Source: Andalucia godoyi And28 (lineage: Eukaryota > Protista > Jakobida). From it: a DNA stretch of 248,000 nt. Positions within the stretch are counted from its first letter, which is position 1. Each line of letters begins with the position of its first letter. The position numbers and the translations under genes are program-made. Under the pieces are notes generated by a model. The model did not search any database, had not been told where the DNA came from, and worked only from the letters and a program-made list of their open reading frames with translations. Positions 102,199 to 112,584 of this stretch are shown here, one piece after another. The stretch is taken from the NCBI GenBank assembly GCA_009859145.1, contig VRVR01000022.1:20001-268000 (forward strand), written 5' to 3'.

Positions 102199-102432
102199 TC
102201 AGTACAAACAAGATAAAAATACTGGATGCAGAATCCAAAATGAGCAGAGCCACATACCAAGAAGTCCAATGACGCATGAAAAAAACACTACTGGGTCTTT
102301 GTACCCGAAATTCACGATGCTTCGAAGCTTCGACATGTTGATATTGCAACAAAAGAGGTGAATTCTCGAAATGTTTTTTAAAATGTAACTGTCAACAGGA
102401 AAACATGAAAAGCTGACGCAAGGTGCGCGCAT
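102199..102432 (-). CDS. possible complex I accessory subunit (NDUFA3/B9-like), probably spliced
   Basis: KDPVVFFSCVIGLLG. Confidence 0.3.
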   Translation of the reverse strand: MRAPCVSFSCFPVDSYILKNISRIHLFCCNINMSKLRSIVNFGYKDPVVFFSCVIGLLGMWLCSFWILHPVFLSCLY

Positions 102433-103139
102433 GTCGTTGTGGTTTTCTCTTTTTCTCTCTGTGTTTCAGAGAGTGAAATGTACTGTACAGCAGGTCGCAA
102501 GGAATTGAAGCCCAGCTGATTTCCTTTTGTAAGCGCCAGTCGGTGTGTATTTGGTTCCCCATGCTTGGAGTCGGTTAGCCATGTCCTTCTGCACTGCGAG
102601 CACCTTTCCAAAGCGCGGCATAAATGGACAAACGGAATCCGTCATTAGCTCAATGCGTCGTTCAAAAAAATAAATAAATAAAAATAAATAAAAAATGCTG
102701 ATGCAAGAAGCATTGCCGTGAAGGAGCGTTTCCTCAAATGCTTTTCGACACTGAGTGGCGATGCGAGATTTTTTTTGCTGTACCCTTGAATGTGTGCAGA
102801 TGCTGTTTGAATTGCAGGGGGAGCGCACCTCCAGCGTTTGGCGAGAGGCGCAGACGACTTTCTGAGGAATTATTTCCACCTGCTGTCTGAATTCTGCGAT
102901 TGAACGTATCGCAAGCGTTGTGTTTTTATATATATTATATTGATTGAAAGACAACCCATCTTTTGGAAGGAAGAATTAGAGTGGCATCCGGTGAATCCTA
103001 AACATGGACTTGCGGATGCCGGCGAGGGAGGCGTCGGATTCCAATGTTGTACCGTTTCTTCTGTGATGCAATACTGATAATTCGCGGCTGTTTCCGGCTG
103101 CAGCCATAAGGTTGATTACTTGACGACCATGCATCGGTT

Positions 103140-103690
103140 CTTGGATGTATCACCGTAAATATCTAAGTAACCCCACCGAAGTGACGGGTAAGACATGCCC
103201 CGCCGTCCGCATGTCTTGAAAGTGCATTTATCCGTGGCGATCGTGACCTGCCCTGGCAGCCCCTGATCTCATGTGCTTTGTGCAGCAATCGCCGCTGAAA
103301 CTCATAACGGTCCCCCACGACGGCATCTGGTGGTGTAACTGACGAGCTCGGCGTCGGTGTAGACACTAGGCTGCACACGGAGATCGGTAGTTTGGCGTTG
103401 GGAGGGCCGCTGCTTGATGGGTCGACGAGACCCGTTTCGCTTTCTCGATCTCGACGGGTTGCCCCCGACGGGCCTTTTTTGCTCGATGTCCTCGATACTG
103501 GAAGTGTGGTGCGATCCGGTTTCGGACGCATCTCCTCCGTCCCGAGGCGGCCCAGCAGCCCAGCGTCACAGGATAGCCTTACGCACTTCGAAATTCCATG
103601 TTGCAAGACAAAACGAAAAGAGGGGGGAGGCGGGAGGCGGGGGGACAGTAGAACAATGCGTCACATGCTAAAATAAACAAAAGGCGATTT
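103140..103690 (-). mobile_element. degenerate Fanzor remnant, family C (C1); ends not defined
   Basis: RYEFQRRLLHKAHE and, frameshifted, VTIATDKCTFKTCGR; homologous to 207.6-207.9 kb. Confidence 0.7.
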
Positions 103691-103885
103691 TTGTTGCGTT
103701 TTTGCAAAAAAAAAATAAAATTAAAAATTAATTAAATAAAATAAAATAGCAATAATAAAAAATTCAATTTTCTTGCCATCGGTTCCGACATTCGTATTGC
103801 TTTTTCTTTCATTCTCTCTTCGTAGGCGCGAAAAGTTGAATTTTTGCATGGCCGTTTTCACTGCAAATATTTAAAAGGATCTGCC

Positions 103886-104494
103886 ATGTTTTCTTCGAAA
103901 ATTGCGAGGACGGTTGCGATTGTGAGGCGGTCTTCATTTCGGGGTTTCCCAACTGCCCAGCTGCATTCACAGCGCTGTTGTCGTCGGTTCTCTTCGATTT
104001 CGTCCGATGACGGCACTGCTCCGCAGTATGTGCCTTCTGCTGTTTTGAAGAATCCAGCTCTCGCAGGTCTCAAAGTTGAAGGCGTCAAGAATGCGGATAT
104101 GTGGATTGTGTACACATGCAAGAAGTGTGAGGTTCGGTCTGTGAAGGGAATGACACGACACGCATACGAGAAAGGCCTGGTCATTGTACGCTGTCCGGGA
104201 TGTGAAGCTTTACATTTGATTGCCGATAACATTGGCTGGTTTCCGGAAGATGGAAGCCCAAGTCAAAAATTCAGCGTCGAAGACACGCTCCGCTTGCAAG
104301 GCCAAGCAATCAAATCTGCAAGGGTGGACGGGTTGGCAAGCTTAACTCCCGAAGAATTAGCCGATCTCATCTCCACGGTGAAGTCAGAGCTGGACGACGG
104401 ATGCAGCGAGTCAAAGATAACCACCTCTTCCGAAAACGCCCGTTTCCATCATGAACACGCACCCGATGGAAGCTGTTGCAACGAGAAACACTGA
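103886..104494 (+). CDS. DNLZ: DNL-type zinc finger (Zim17/Tim15/HEP1)
   Basis: YTCKKC..AYEKGLVIVRCPGC..HLIADNIGWF. Confidence 0.9.
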   Translation: MFSSKIARTVAIVRRSSFRGFPTAQLHSQRCCRRFSSISSDDGTAPQYVPSAVLKNPALAGLKVEGVKNADMWIVYTCKKCEVRSVKGMTRHAYEKGLVIVRCPGCEALHLIADNIGWFPEDGSPSQKFSVEDTLRLQGQAIKSARVDGLASLTPEELADLISTVKSELDDGCSESKITTSSENARFHHEHAPDGSCCNEKH

Positions 104495-104514
104495 GAATGT
104501 TGCAGTTTTCTGGC

Positions 104515-105573
104515 TCATTCACCGAGGTCATTCACGGCAAAGTTTGCGAAGCGTTTTTGATATGCTTGATGGACCCAAAGATCAAAGTGATCGCACACTT
104601 TCACAGACTGGTATCGATTGCTCTGGAAAACGTCTGTTCGAAATGTTTCCGGTGGAGCGATCCCAAAGGGTACTCGTGCCTTGTTGAACGTCCTGTACAC
104701 CGTTTGAAGAAGCATGTCCTTTGGAGTATAGTATACTATTGTTTTGCGCCGCGCTACTTCTGACCAGCGGACCAGCATATCATCATCATGGAATGCTGGG
104801 GCACACAAGTGTAAGTAGTCCGGTCGAACATTTGGCTCAAGCAACAAGCAGGCCTCCACGACATGCCTGCAGCCCAGAGAATGTGATACGATGCGAATGC
104901 GGTCGAAATGGGGCCGGAGCAACGTCAGTTGTTCCGCAAGGTCTCTAGCGCGTTCCACTGCCCGTTGTTGAGACAGCACCCACTGCAGCCATATTTGGCC
105001 TCCAATCATTAGCGCCGTTGCGACTGTGAGCACTGCTGGTTTGTACAGGACAGGGAGCGGGGGAAGAAGCGGCGGAATAGGAAGAACACGTCCGGATGGC
105101 CACGTCCATCCGACCGCCTTTTTAGACCAGCCGTGCATTTGCACAAGCCGGTCATGGGTAATGATCCAGTCTTGGAAGCGGTCGCTGGAGAGAAAGCCGC
105201 GGCAATCTACACGATGTTTGATTTGATGGATTAGAAACTGGTAAAAGACAGATAAATAGAGAGAATGCGAGACGAGAAAAACAAAAACAAACAAAGCCGG
105301 GGTTGTTGGTGACGTACAAATAGTCAATTCCTTGTCATGAGGATTCAGAGAATCTGATAGAATCTTCAACTGCGGATGAGCATTCAATCCGTGAATTTGC
105401 ACCTTTGAAATCAGATCTTCCAAAGAACCAATCTCGAGGAGCTTTAAAATTCGTTCTTTTGGAATAACGAATGCCGGAACGGTATTCTTCAACGTTTCGG
105501 ACAAATTATTCAATTGAGAGATCGACGAAGAACGAAGAACACGCAATACTTGCCGAAGAACTTTTGGATCCAT
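104515..105573 (-). CDS. alpha/beta hydrolase-like protein (may be spliced)
   Basis: IVSHSLGCR, HLCAPA. Confidence 0.55.
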   Translation of the reverse strand: MDPKVLRQVLRVLRSSSISQLNNLSETLKNTVPAFVIPKERILKLLEIGSLEDLISKVQIHGLNAHPQLKILSDSLNPHDKELTICTSPTTPALFVFVFLVSHSLYLSVFYQFLIHQIKHRVDCRGFLSSDRFQDWIITHDRLVQMHGWSKKAVGWTWPSGRVLPIPPLLPPLPVLYKPAVLTVATALMIGGQIWLQWVLSQQRAVERARDLAEQLTLLRPHFDRIRIVSHSLGCRHVVEACLLLEPNVRPDYLHLCAPAFHDDDMLVRWSEVARRKTIVYYTPKDMLLQTVYRTFNKARVPFGIAPPETFRTDVFQSNRYQSVKVCDHFDLWVHQAYQKRFANFAVNDLGE

Positions 105574-105936
105574 TCGTGCGTATCAGTTCGTCGAGCGAAC
105601 AGCCGGAAAACCGTTGTCACCAATCTGTGAAAAATCGCTTTCAGCAAAGTAACGGTGCAGTGGAAGACGAAAATGCGTCATGAATTATGTGCACACAAGC
105701 AGAGTCATCAACACCTCATCGGGAGGCGGTTTTCGTCGGGCGGGCAGACGATTACCAAATGTCGACGGTTGTCAACAGAATGCTCCCGAGGAAAAAAACC
105801 CCCCCTTTTTCGTCTGATTTACCGACGACCCCAAACACCATTGTTCTCAGCATCAGACAGCAAAGCGGATGCGCTGCGTGACTCATGTTGTGTGCTCGTG
105901 ACGAAGAAGCGAAATGTTTGTTGTTTACATCGATTC

Positions 105937-108260
105937 CTAGAGCGATGAGGATTGCCGGCGAGCTTCGGTAAACATGGTTCGGAAGTAGCCCGCTAGGGAC
106001 GTTTCCAAGTTTCCAAGAATCTTGTCGTGGTCTCCCGTGATTCTCTGGTGCTCGCGCCGCATTGCTGCTGCCTCGTCTTGCAGAGCAGAAATGACAGAGT
106101 CTCGTTGTCGAATCTTGTCTTCTGTCTCCGATACCAACCGAGACTGCGCAACCAGTAATTCGTCAACGCGCTCCTTTGCTGCAACGACCTGCGCTTCCAA
106201 GGATGCTCGAGTTTCCTGTTCCGCTCGCTTCGAAGCCTCCAGACTGAACTCTGTCCTTCGAAGCCCAAGCCTCAGATCCTCAATTTCTTTTTCAGACTTC
106301 TTCCGGTCCCTGTCCAGCAACTCCATGTTCCGATGGGCGACTGATAGTTCTTCTTCAAGGTCTCTCTTCATAATGAGAGACTCTCGTTCGAGAGAAGAGT
106401 ATTCTCGGTGGAGTGCCTGCCGAGCTTGCTCAACTTCATCAACCCTTGAACGAAGCGTTCGTTCTGTGTCTGTCTTTTCGTCGACAGCACGAGCAAGCAG
106501 ATCTTCTGCTTCTCGGACAGCTCGTTGCATTTGAGTTCGGATAGACTTTGCTTCTTCGTCGGCTGCTCGCAGACGAGCTTCCAAATGCCGTGAGGATTCT
106601 TCAATCTGCCGCAGTCGAGTTTCCTTGATTGATAATTCGGACTCCAGGTAGTCCTTCTCCGTGGACCGCAGTCGGAGTTCTTCAGACAGTCTCCCACATT
106701 CTCGTCTCAACTCAGAGACTTCGGTTTCCAAATTAGCGACCATTCGATCCCGCGCGGCGGAGCTTCTGGATGAACTTTCCATTGATGCTTCTTCAATCCG
106801 AACCTTCATGTTTTCAGAATCTTGCCGCAGCCGGCCGTTTGTGACTTTCAGCGCAGCGTTCTCCTCGTGGGCGAGCTGCAGAGCCCTTTCCAAATCCATA
106901 GTTCTGTCCTGCAGACGCGCCTTTTCCGAATCAGCTCTTGCAAGTTCCTCATCCAGACGGTGGCGGCGTGACTTTTCCGCGACAACTTGGTCTTCCAACA
107001 TACGAAGTGTGTGCACACCGTCATCGGCACGCATAGACAATTGTGTCTTCAGAACGTCTATTTCGGCATTCTTTGTCTCTTCAAGTGCACGGATACTCAT
107101 GTTCTGATCTCGTTCGTGGCGCAAGGAGGACTGGTCTCTGTTTCGCTGCAATAATCGTTCAATGTGCGCTGTAATGTCGTATGGAATCTGGTTTCCAGCA
107201 ATTTGCACATCCTGAAGTACCGTATTTGACTCAAGAAGTTCAGCGAGAGCCTTGCCCCCCGGAGCGCCCAGAGAATTCCAGCGGAGATCCAGGACTTGCA
107301 GATGGCCGTTCATCTTCAGAAACCGCAGGAAATGAACGGCAGCCTCTGCTGAGATGCGGTTGTTTCGAAGATCCAAAGATCGGAGACCCATGTTTGCAGC
107401 GACGCCTTCCCCAAGAGATTCAATCGCAGATTCGAAAGCACCACTGAATAGATTAGAGACACTTGCAGATGAAGAAACAATTCAACCCAAAAGAAAAGGA
107501 ACATACACTGTGTTCCACTCCACAGAAACAACTTGCAGAGTGTGGTTCATACGAAGTAGATGCGAAATAGCAACGGTGCCATCTTTGGAGATGTTTCCTC
107601 CGCGCATATTCAATGAGGTGATGGTCTTATTGTATCGCAGTGCCTCGCACAGAGCAACACAGCCTGGACTCAGAAAGAAGGAGGTGAATTTCGGTGGTCA
107701 AATATAAAAAGTAATAATTGATAATACAGGAAATAGAAAAAGGGCAATCTCATACCTTCATCTCCCATGAAACTTTCCGAAAGATCAACTTCCCGGATAA
107801 TCATGTCATCTTTCAACAGCCGTGCAAGTGCAGTCGTTCCCTATTACGCGAAATGGCGTGGACTCATCAGCAATTTCAGCAACCACACACTAGCAAAAAA
107901 AAAAAAAAAAAGAAGAAAAAAAAAAGAGATAATAAATTGCAGGACAAGAGGGAAAAAAAAAAGAGAAAAGAAACACATAAAAAAACACGTACCTTCGGAC
108001 CCAGCGAGCAATCCGCCAAATCAAGGTGCCCAGTTCTTTCTGCATTCTCCAGCGCCAACAATACTGCAGAAGACACTTCGATCCCCAAAGTCCTTGCACT
108101 TTCTTCAAACTTACTTCGTAACATCTGTGTGAAAATGCTGTTATATGGGGAAATGGAAACTTCAAAAAATATGCAAAGCAGACGAAGTGCCAAAAAAGAA
108201 AAAAAGACATTAAAATCAAAAAACGAGAAAGAGAGGGAGAGTCAGGACGCCATCCGTTAA
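105937..108260 (-). CDS. LRRC45-like LRR plus coiled-coil protein (multi-exon; 5' boundary approximate)
   Basis: LDLADCSLG exon; LDLRNNRI, LDLRWNSLG. Confidence 0.7.
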
Positions 108261-108811
108261 ACAGCCTAGCTACGGCTGCTGTGAGTGAGACTCATTTTGG
108301 AGAATGGGGCTCGTCTTGGGAATTGGCATTCGTAAATCCGTCGTGGCTTGTGGGACTCGCGAGGATGTGGAATCGTGATCGTCCCGAAAGTCTCTCGCGA
108401 TTTGGATTTCAACAGAGTTCACGCGCAGGGAAAAGGAAAGCCACCACAATTTGTACATGTCCGCATCACCACCAACAGCTTCTCAGCCATTTGAGTTCCT
108501 AGGTATGTTTGTTTGTTACCGGTTTTTTGTTTTGTTGTTGTGTTAAAAAAGGGCTTGTGAAGTTTGCGACGCTAATCGGCTTGCTTTATGCTTCATCTGC
108601 CAGAATCTCTCCCCACATTTGTTCGTTTAGAGCTTATTTCCGATGTATTTGGCGTTTCCGTGCCTGTTGATGCCAATACGCACAAGCAAGAGTATGTGTC
108701 GCCGAATTTCCGTTGATCGCATTCTGCGTCGTTTCTTTTCTTTTGTTCAAATCGTGTGTTAATCTTTAATGTTTTAATTTTGGAAGCAGCGGCGGAGAGA
108801 ATGTTATTTAT

Positions 108812-111800
108812 TTGTCATCATTGGAGAAGATTGTCCAAGACCATCTTGACATGTTGGATCAATCTCTCAGATATTCGCAAGATCTTCCTGATGTCAATGG
108901 CAGAATTGGTCCAGACGTCACCCAGATTGATCAAGACCGTTCGTGGGGAGAGTTTGACATATCGAACAATGCTTTCATCGCGAAGTCGGCGTTTGTGTCA
109001 TTACGATCGTCCACGTGTTTGTATTCAGGCAAGTGGATGTACGAAGTGCAGTTAGAAACTGACGGTGTTATGCAGCTTGGATTCGTTAGCAGGGACTCTC
109101 CTTTCAACGAAACTTCTGGGGTTGGCGACTTTGCGGATTCCTTTGCGTATGACGGTCGACGGCTGAAGAAATGGAATGTGCAGGACGAAACATATGGAGA
109201 ATTCTGGACTGCGGGAGACAGTATTGGAGTCGGACTGGATTTGAATGAAGGTAGAATTGAATATTTTCGAAATGGGGTGTTTCTTGGTGCAGCATTTTCG
109301 TCAGTGAAAAAGGGCGCGCCTGGCGACATTGCCTACTTTCCGTCTGTTTCAATCTCCCGAGGGCAGTCTTGCTCGCTCAACTTCGGACAAGAACCCTTCC
109401 GATACCCAATAGATGGATTTGCGCCTGTGGATACAATTCCGAATCGGTACAAAGAAAAGGCCAAGTTTTTGATGTCTGCCATCGAAGCCTGTTGTATGAA
109501 GATGTCAAAGCAAGATGCGCTCGAATCTCGCTTGTCATCCTCGGAAACAAATTACGTCAAACTTCTTCCTGTTCTCGATGTATCCTTCCGGTTTTTTGCG
109601 CCGTACATGATGGATGACTGGGTTATCCAAGCATTGTGGCTCCCCTTCCTCATTCGGCTGCGATCTGCAACACGAGGCTCGCTGTTTCCCTTCTTTGGGA
109701 TTCTTCGTTGTTGTGTTCCGTCAGAGGCATTGAAGGACTGTATCCAGTTCTCCATGCGATTTTGTGGAAGAATGCTTACAGGGCCAAGTTTCGATGACTA
109801 TTTCACCATTGCGATTGAAATCATTAGTTTCCGCCCGTTCCTATTGTTGTGGGCGTCGTCCTTTTCGTTTCGAGCAGATTTAGAACGGTTCTTTTTTGTG
109901 AGGTCATTTTCTCATCACGATTTGCATCGTTTGATACCAGATTCTGCATTTATCGGCAGTCGCACGTCTTTCGCTTTCCGCGATGCTGAAGATTTGCTCA
110001 AGTCATCGCTTTCTGCGCGCCATATTGTTCTTGAAGAAAACAGATTACGCCTGGTTTCGATTTTTATTGATGATCTTGTGCCGTTTTCCACGGATGAGCG
110101 GCGGATATTGCAGTCGCCTTTCTTTTCGGATGCTTTGGATTCAGAATCGAAAGCCAATTGTCTTACAGGACTTCCTTCTACTCCTTCTCATCTGCTTTTG
110201 TTTTGGCTGCAAAATCACGTTCTTGCTCGGAATGCTGCATTTTGCCGAGAAATTCGACCACCAACGCTGTCGCACCAAAGCATTTTAATTTCGCTCTTGC
110301 TCACTCTTCTTCGAAAATGTGAATCATCCTTCAGTTCTCTGATCGCAAAGTTTGGTGTTGGATTTCCTGTCCTCCTCTGTTTTTTTGGACGACCGTCTCT
110401 TGCTTTGGGATTGGACTGCATTGGTGGCACCATGTCCCATATCATGAAAAATGTCCCTTCTGCGGTTTCCGAGCTCTGCATTGCTGCTGCATCTGCCACC
110501 AGCGATGTTGCCGCGGAGCTGTCCTACGCGTTTCTGCATTCTTCTGTAGTATTGTTTCATTACGTTGGCCGGTCACATTTTTCTGGCATTCTAGAGACCC
110601 AGCGAGAGTACACACGCCTATCTCGCTCAGCACGATTGTCGGATGAGATTACGGCTCGTCAATTGTATCGGGCCATGTTTGTGGAACGTTGTCAACAACG
110701 AGGATTCGAGAAAAACAAGCTCCTTATTGGTTTTTGTGCATATATTGCGAATCTTCTTCGTATCTGGTCTCCCCTGCCCTCTGGATTTCTTGGAGTCCCC
110801 GTTTGCTATGTAACGACGTTAGTTGATTTGTTTCAGTACTTGCGACAAGCAGAATTGCAGTATTTTTCTGCAACCAGCGATTGTCCACAGATCCTCATGC
110901 TGATTGTGAAGCTGATGTCAGACTTCCGCATTTTGGTGGATAGTGTGCGAGAATCATTGGCATCCGTTGTCTCTTCTGCCATTTTATATGAGCATTTTGT
111001 TCATATTTTTACGGATCCATCCACCTCCAATTCCCGAGTGCTGATGCAGAGTCTGATTGATATTTTTCTGGGCCGATCATGGGTTGCGACACTTTCTGTC
111101 ATTGTTCGGTTATGGCGCGGAAAGTATTTTGCATCGTTCGTTACGGATGATGAAGTCAGCGGGTTGATCTTGATAGGGGACACTGTGCCCGAGTGTGATC
111201 CCTTGCAGAAACTTCGTGATTCCTTTTCTGCTTTGTTGAGCGACGACAGTCGAACGACAACCAACCTTTTGAATCGGATTCTGAACCAACTCAACTGGTC
111301 TCTTACTGAAATGTCAGTGGCTGTTGATGACATGTCGAAAGAACTGTCAGAAATGCAGGTTCGGCCCTCGGCAGTGTTCACTCGTGACTTGCAGGACGCG
111401 TTCAGCCGGAATGTGAAAAAGTGTACCATTATGTTCGATGTATCCTGGATGCTCTTACGGTTTTTGGAAATTGTGTCCATTGAAGCGCCAAGGGCGCTGT
111501 TGGGAGCCGAAGAAGATCCCGTTTCGGGGAAGGAAGAGGTTTCTAATTCCAATTTTGCTGCTGAGATTGCTCTCTCACGATCGGTCGAAGCTCTCTTGTT
111601 TGTGCTTTCTCATTTCTCAGTCGGATCAACATCCCGGAGCTTCGATACTGTTCTGAACGCTCACACTGCGATGGTGGACGATGCGGAGAAGGAAGCGGAT
111701 ATTCTTCGCCCAGCAGGCGCTGATCCGATTGCTGCTGCTGTTGATCGGGCCGTTGATCCGTATTTGGTGCTTCTGAAGCACTTACCTCTGGAGGGATTAG

Positions 111801-112330
111801 CCAAGATTCGGCGGTCGTTTTTGTTGGCCCCAGTCATCGGCATCCTCTCTCGTCTGCATCTGAATGACCGGTTGATATCTGGTTCGGTTTCTAATCTCGT
111901 GTCCAAATCTCTTGTTGACGCAGGTGTTTTCACTTGCCTGACCCCTCTGACGTTTCTTGGCAAGCTGAAATGGGATGTCTGCAAAGTCACTTCCGGATCA
112001 TCACTTGCTGGTGCAGTCCCTGCAGAGGAAGAGCCAACGTTTTCAATGCCGTCCCTTGTGAATGAATACAACATTCTTGTAGAAGAGTGTCAGCGCGCGT
112101 TCGCATCGTCCAATGAGTCCGTTTGTTCTGTCTCGAGCACGTCCGCAGATGTGTGTGTAATTTGTTACAAGTCTGTCGTATCGTGCCGATTTGTTCCCTG
112201 CGGTCACACATCTTGTCGCCGATGCATACGACGGCACCTGCTGAATTCGGACCGATGCTTCTTTTGCAATTCTCAGATTTTGAGTGTGGAAGACACTGCA
112301 ACACGTCCTGCGTCAACAAAGACGGAATAA
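108812..112330 (+). CDS. RNF123: E3 ligase RNF123/KPC1-like (SPRY plus C-terminal RING)
   Basis: GKWMYEV..GVMQLG..GVGD..SFAYDG; CVIC..PCGHTSCRRCI.RHLLN..CFFC. Confidence 0.88.
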   Translation: MSSLEKIVQDHLDMLDQSLRYSQDLPDVNGRIGPDVTQIDQDRSWGEFDISNNAFIAKSAFVSLRSSTCLYSGKWMYEVQLETDGVMQLGFVSRDSPFNETSGVGDFADSFAYDGRRLKKWNVQDETYGEFWTAGDSIGVGLDLNEGRIEYFRNGVFLGAAFSSVKKGAPGDIAYFPSVSISRGQSCSLNFGQEPFRYPIDGFAPVDTIPNRYKEKAKFLMSAIEACCMKMSKQDALESRLSSSETNYVKLLPVLDVSFRFFAPYMMDDWVIQALWLPFLIRLRSATRGSLFPFFGILRCCVPSEALKDCIQFSMRFCGRMLTGPSFDDYFTIAIEIISFRPFLLLWASSFSFRADLERFFFVRSFSHHDLHRLIPDSAFIGSRTSFAFRDAEDLLKSSLSARHIVLEENRLRLVSIFIDDLVPFSTDERRILQSPFFSDALDSESKANCLTGLPSTPSHLLLFWLQNHVLARNAAFCREIRPPTLSHQSILISLLLTLLRKCESSFSSLIAKFGVGFPVLLCFFGRPSLALGLDCIGGTMSHIMKNVPSAVSELCIAAASATSDVAAELSYAFLHSSVVLFHYVGRSHFSGILETQREYTRLSRSARLSDEITARQLYRAMFVERCQQRGFEKNKLLIGFCAYIANLLRIWSPLPSGFLGVPVCYVTTLVDLFQYLRQAELQYFSATSDCPQILMLIVKLMSDFRILVDSVRESLASVVSSAILYEHFVHIFTDPSTSNSRVLMQSLIDIFLGRSWVATLSVIVRLWRGKYFASFVTDDEVSGLILIGDTVPECDPLQKLRDSFSALLSDDSRTTTNLLNRILNQLNWSLTEMSVAVDDMSKELSEMQVRPSAVFTRDLQDAFSRNVKKCTIMFDVSWMLLRFLEIVSIEAPRALLGAEEDPVSGKEEVSNSNFAAEIALSRSVEALLFVLSHFSVGSTSRSFDTVLNAHTAMVDDAEKEADILRPAGADPIAAAVDRAVDPYLVLLKHLPLEGLAKIRRSFLLAPVIGILSRLHLNDRLISGSVSNLVSKSLVDAGVFTCLTPLTFLGKLKWDVCKVTSGSSLAGAVPAEEEPTFSMPSLVNEYNILVEECQRAFASSNESVCSVSSTSADVCVICYKSVVSCRFVPCGHTSCRRCIRRHLLNSDRCFFCNSQILSVEDTATRPASTKTE

Positions 112331-112462
112331 AACGGGCTTACGCAAACGCAAGAAAAGCGAATCAAATGAACATTCATGATTTTTTTTGTTTTGTATTATC
112401 ATTTTTAATATGTCAACAAGATGCGCAAATAAAAAGGCGAACAAAAAGATGAAATAAATCGT

Positions 112463-112463
<1 letters not shown>

Positions 112464-112550
<87 letters not shown>
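112464..112550. repeat. (GA)n microsatellite
   Basis: direct sequence. Confidence 0.9.
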
Positions 112551-112552
<2 letters not shown>

Positions 112553-112584
112553 TCAGGACGGAAAAGGACGCGAGAGCAAGACAA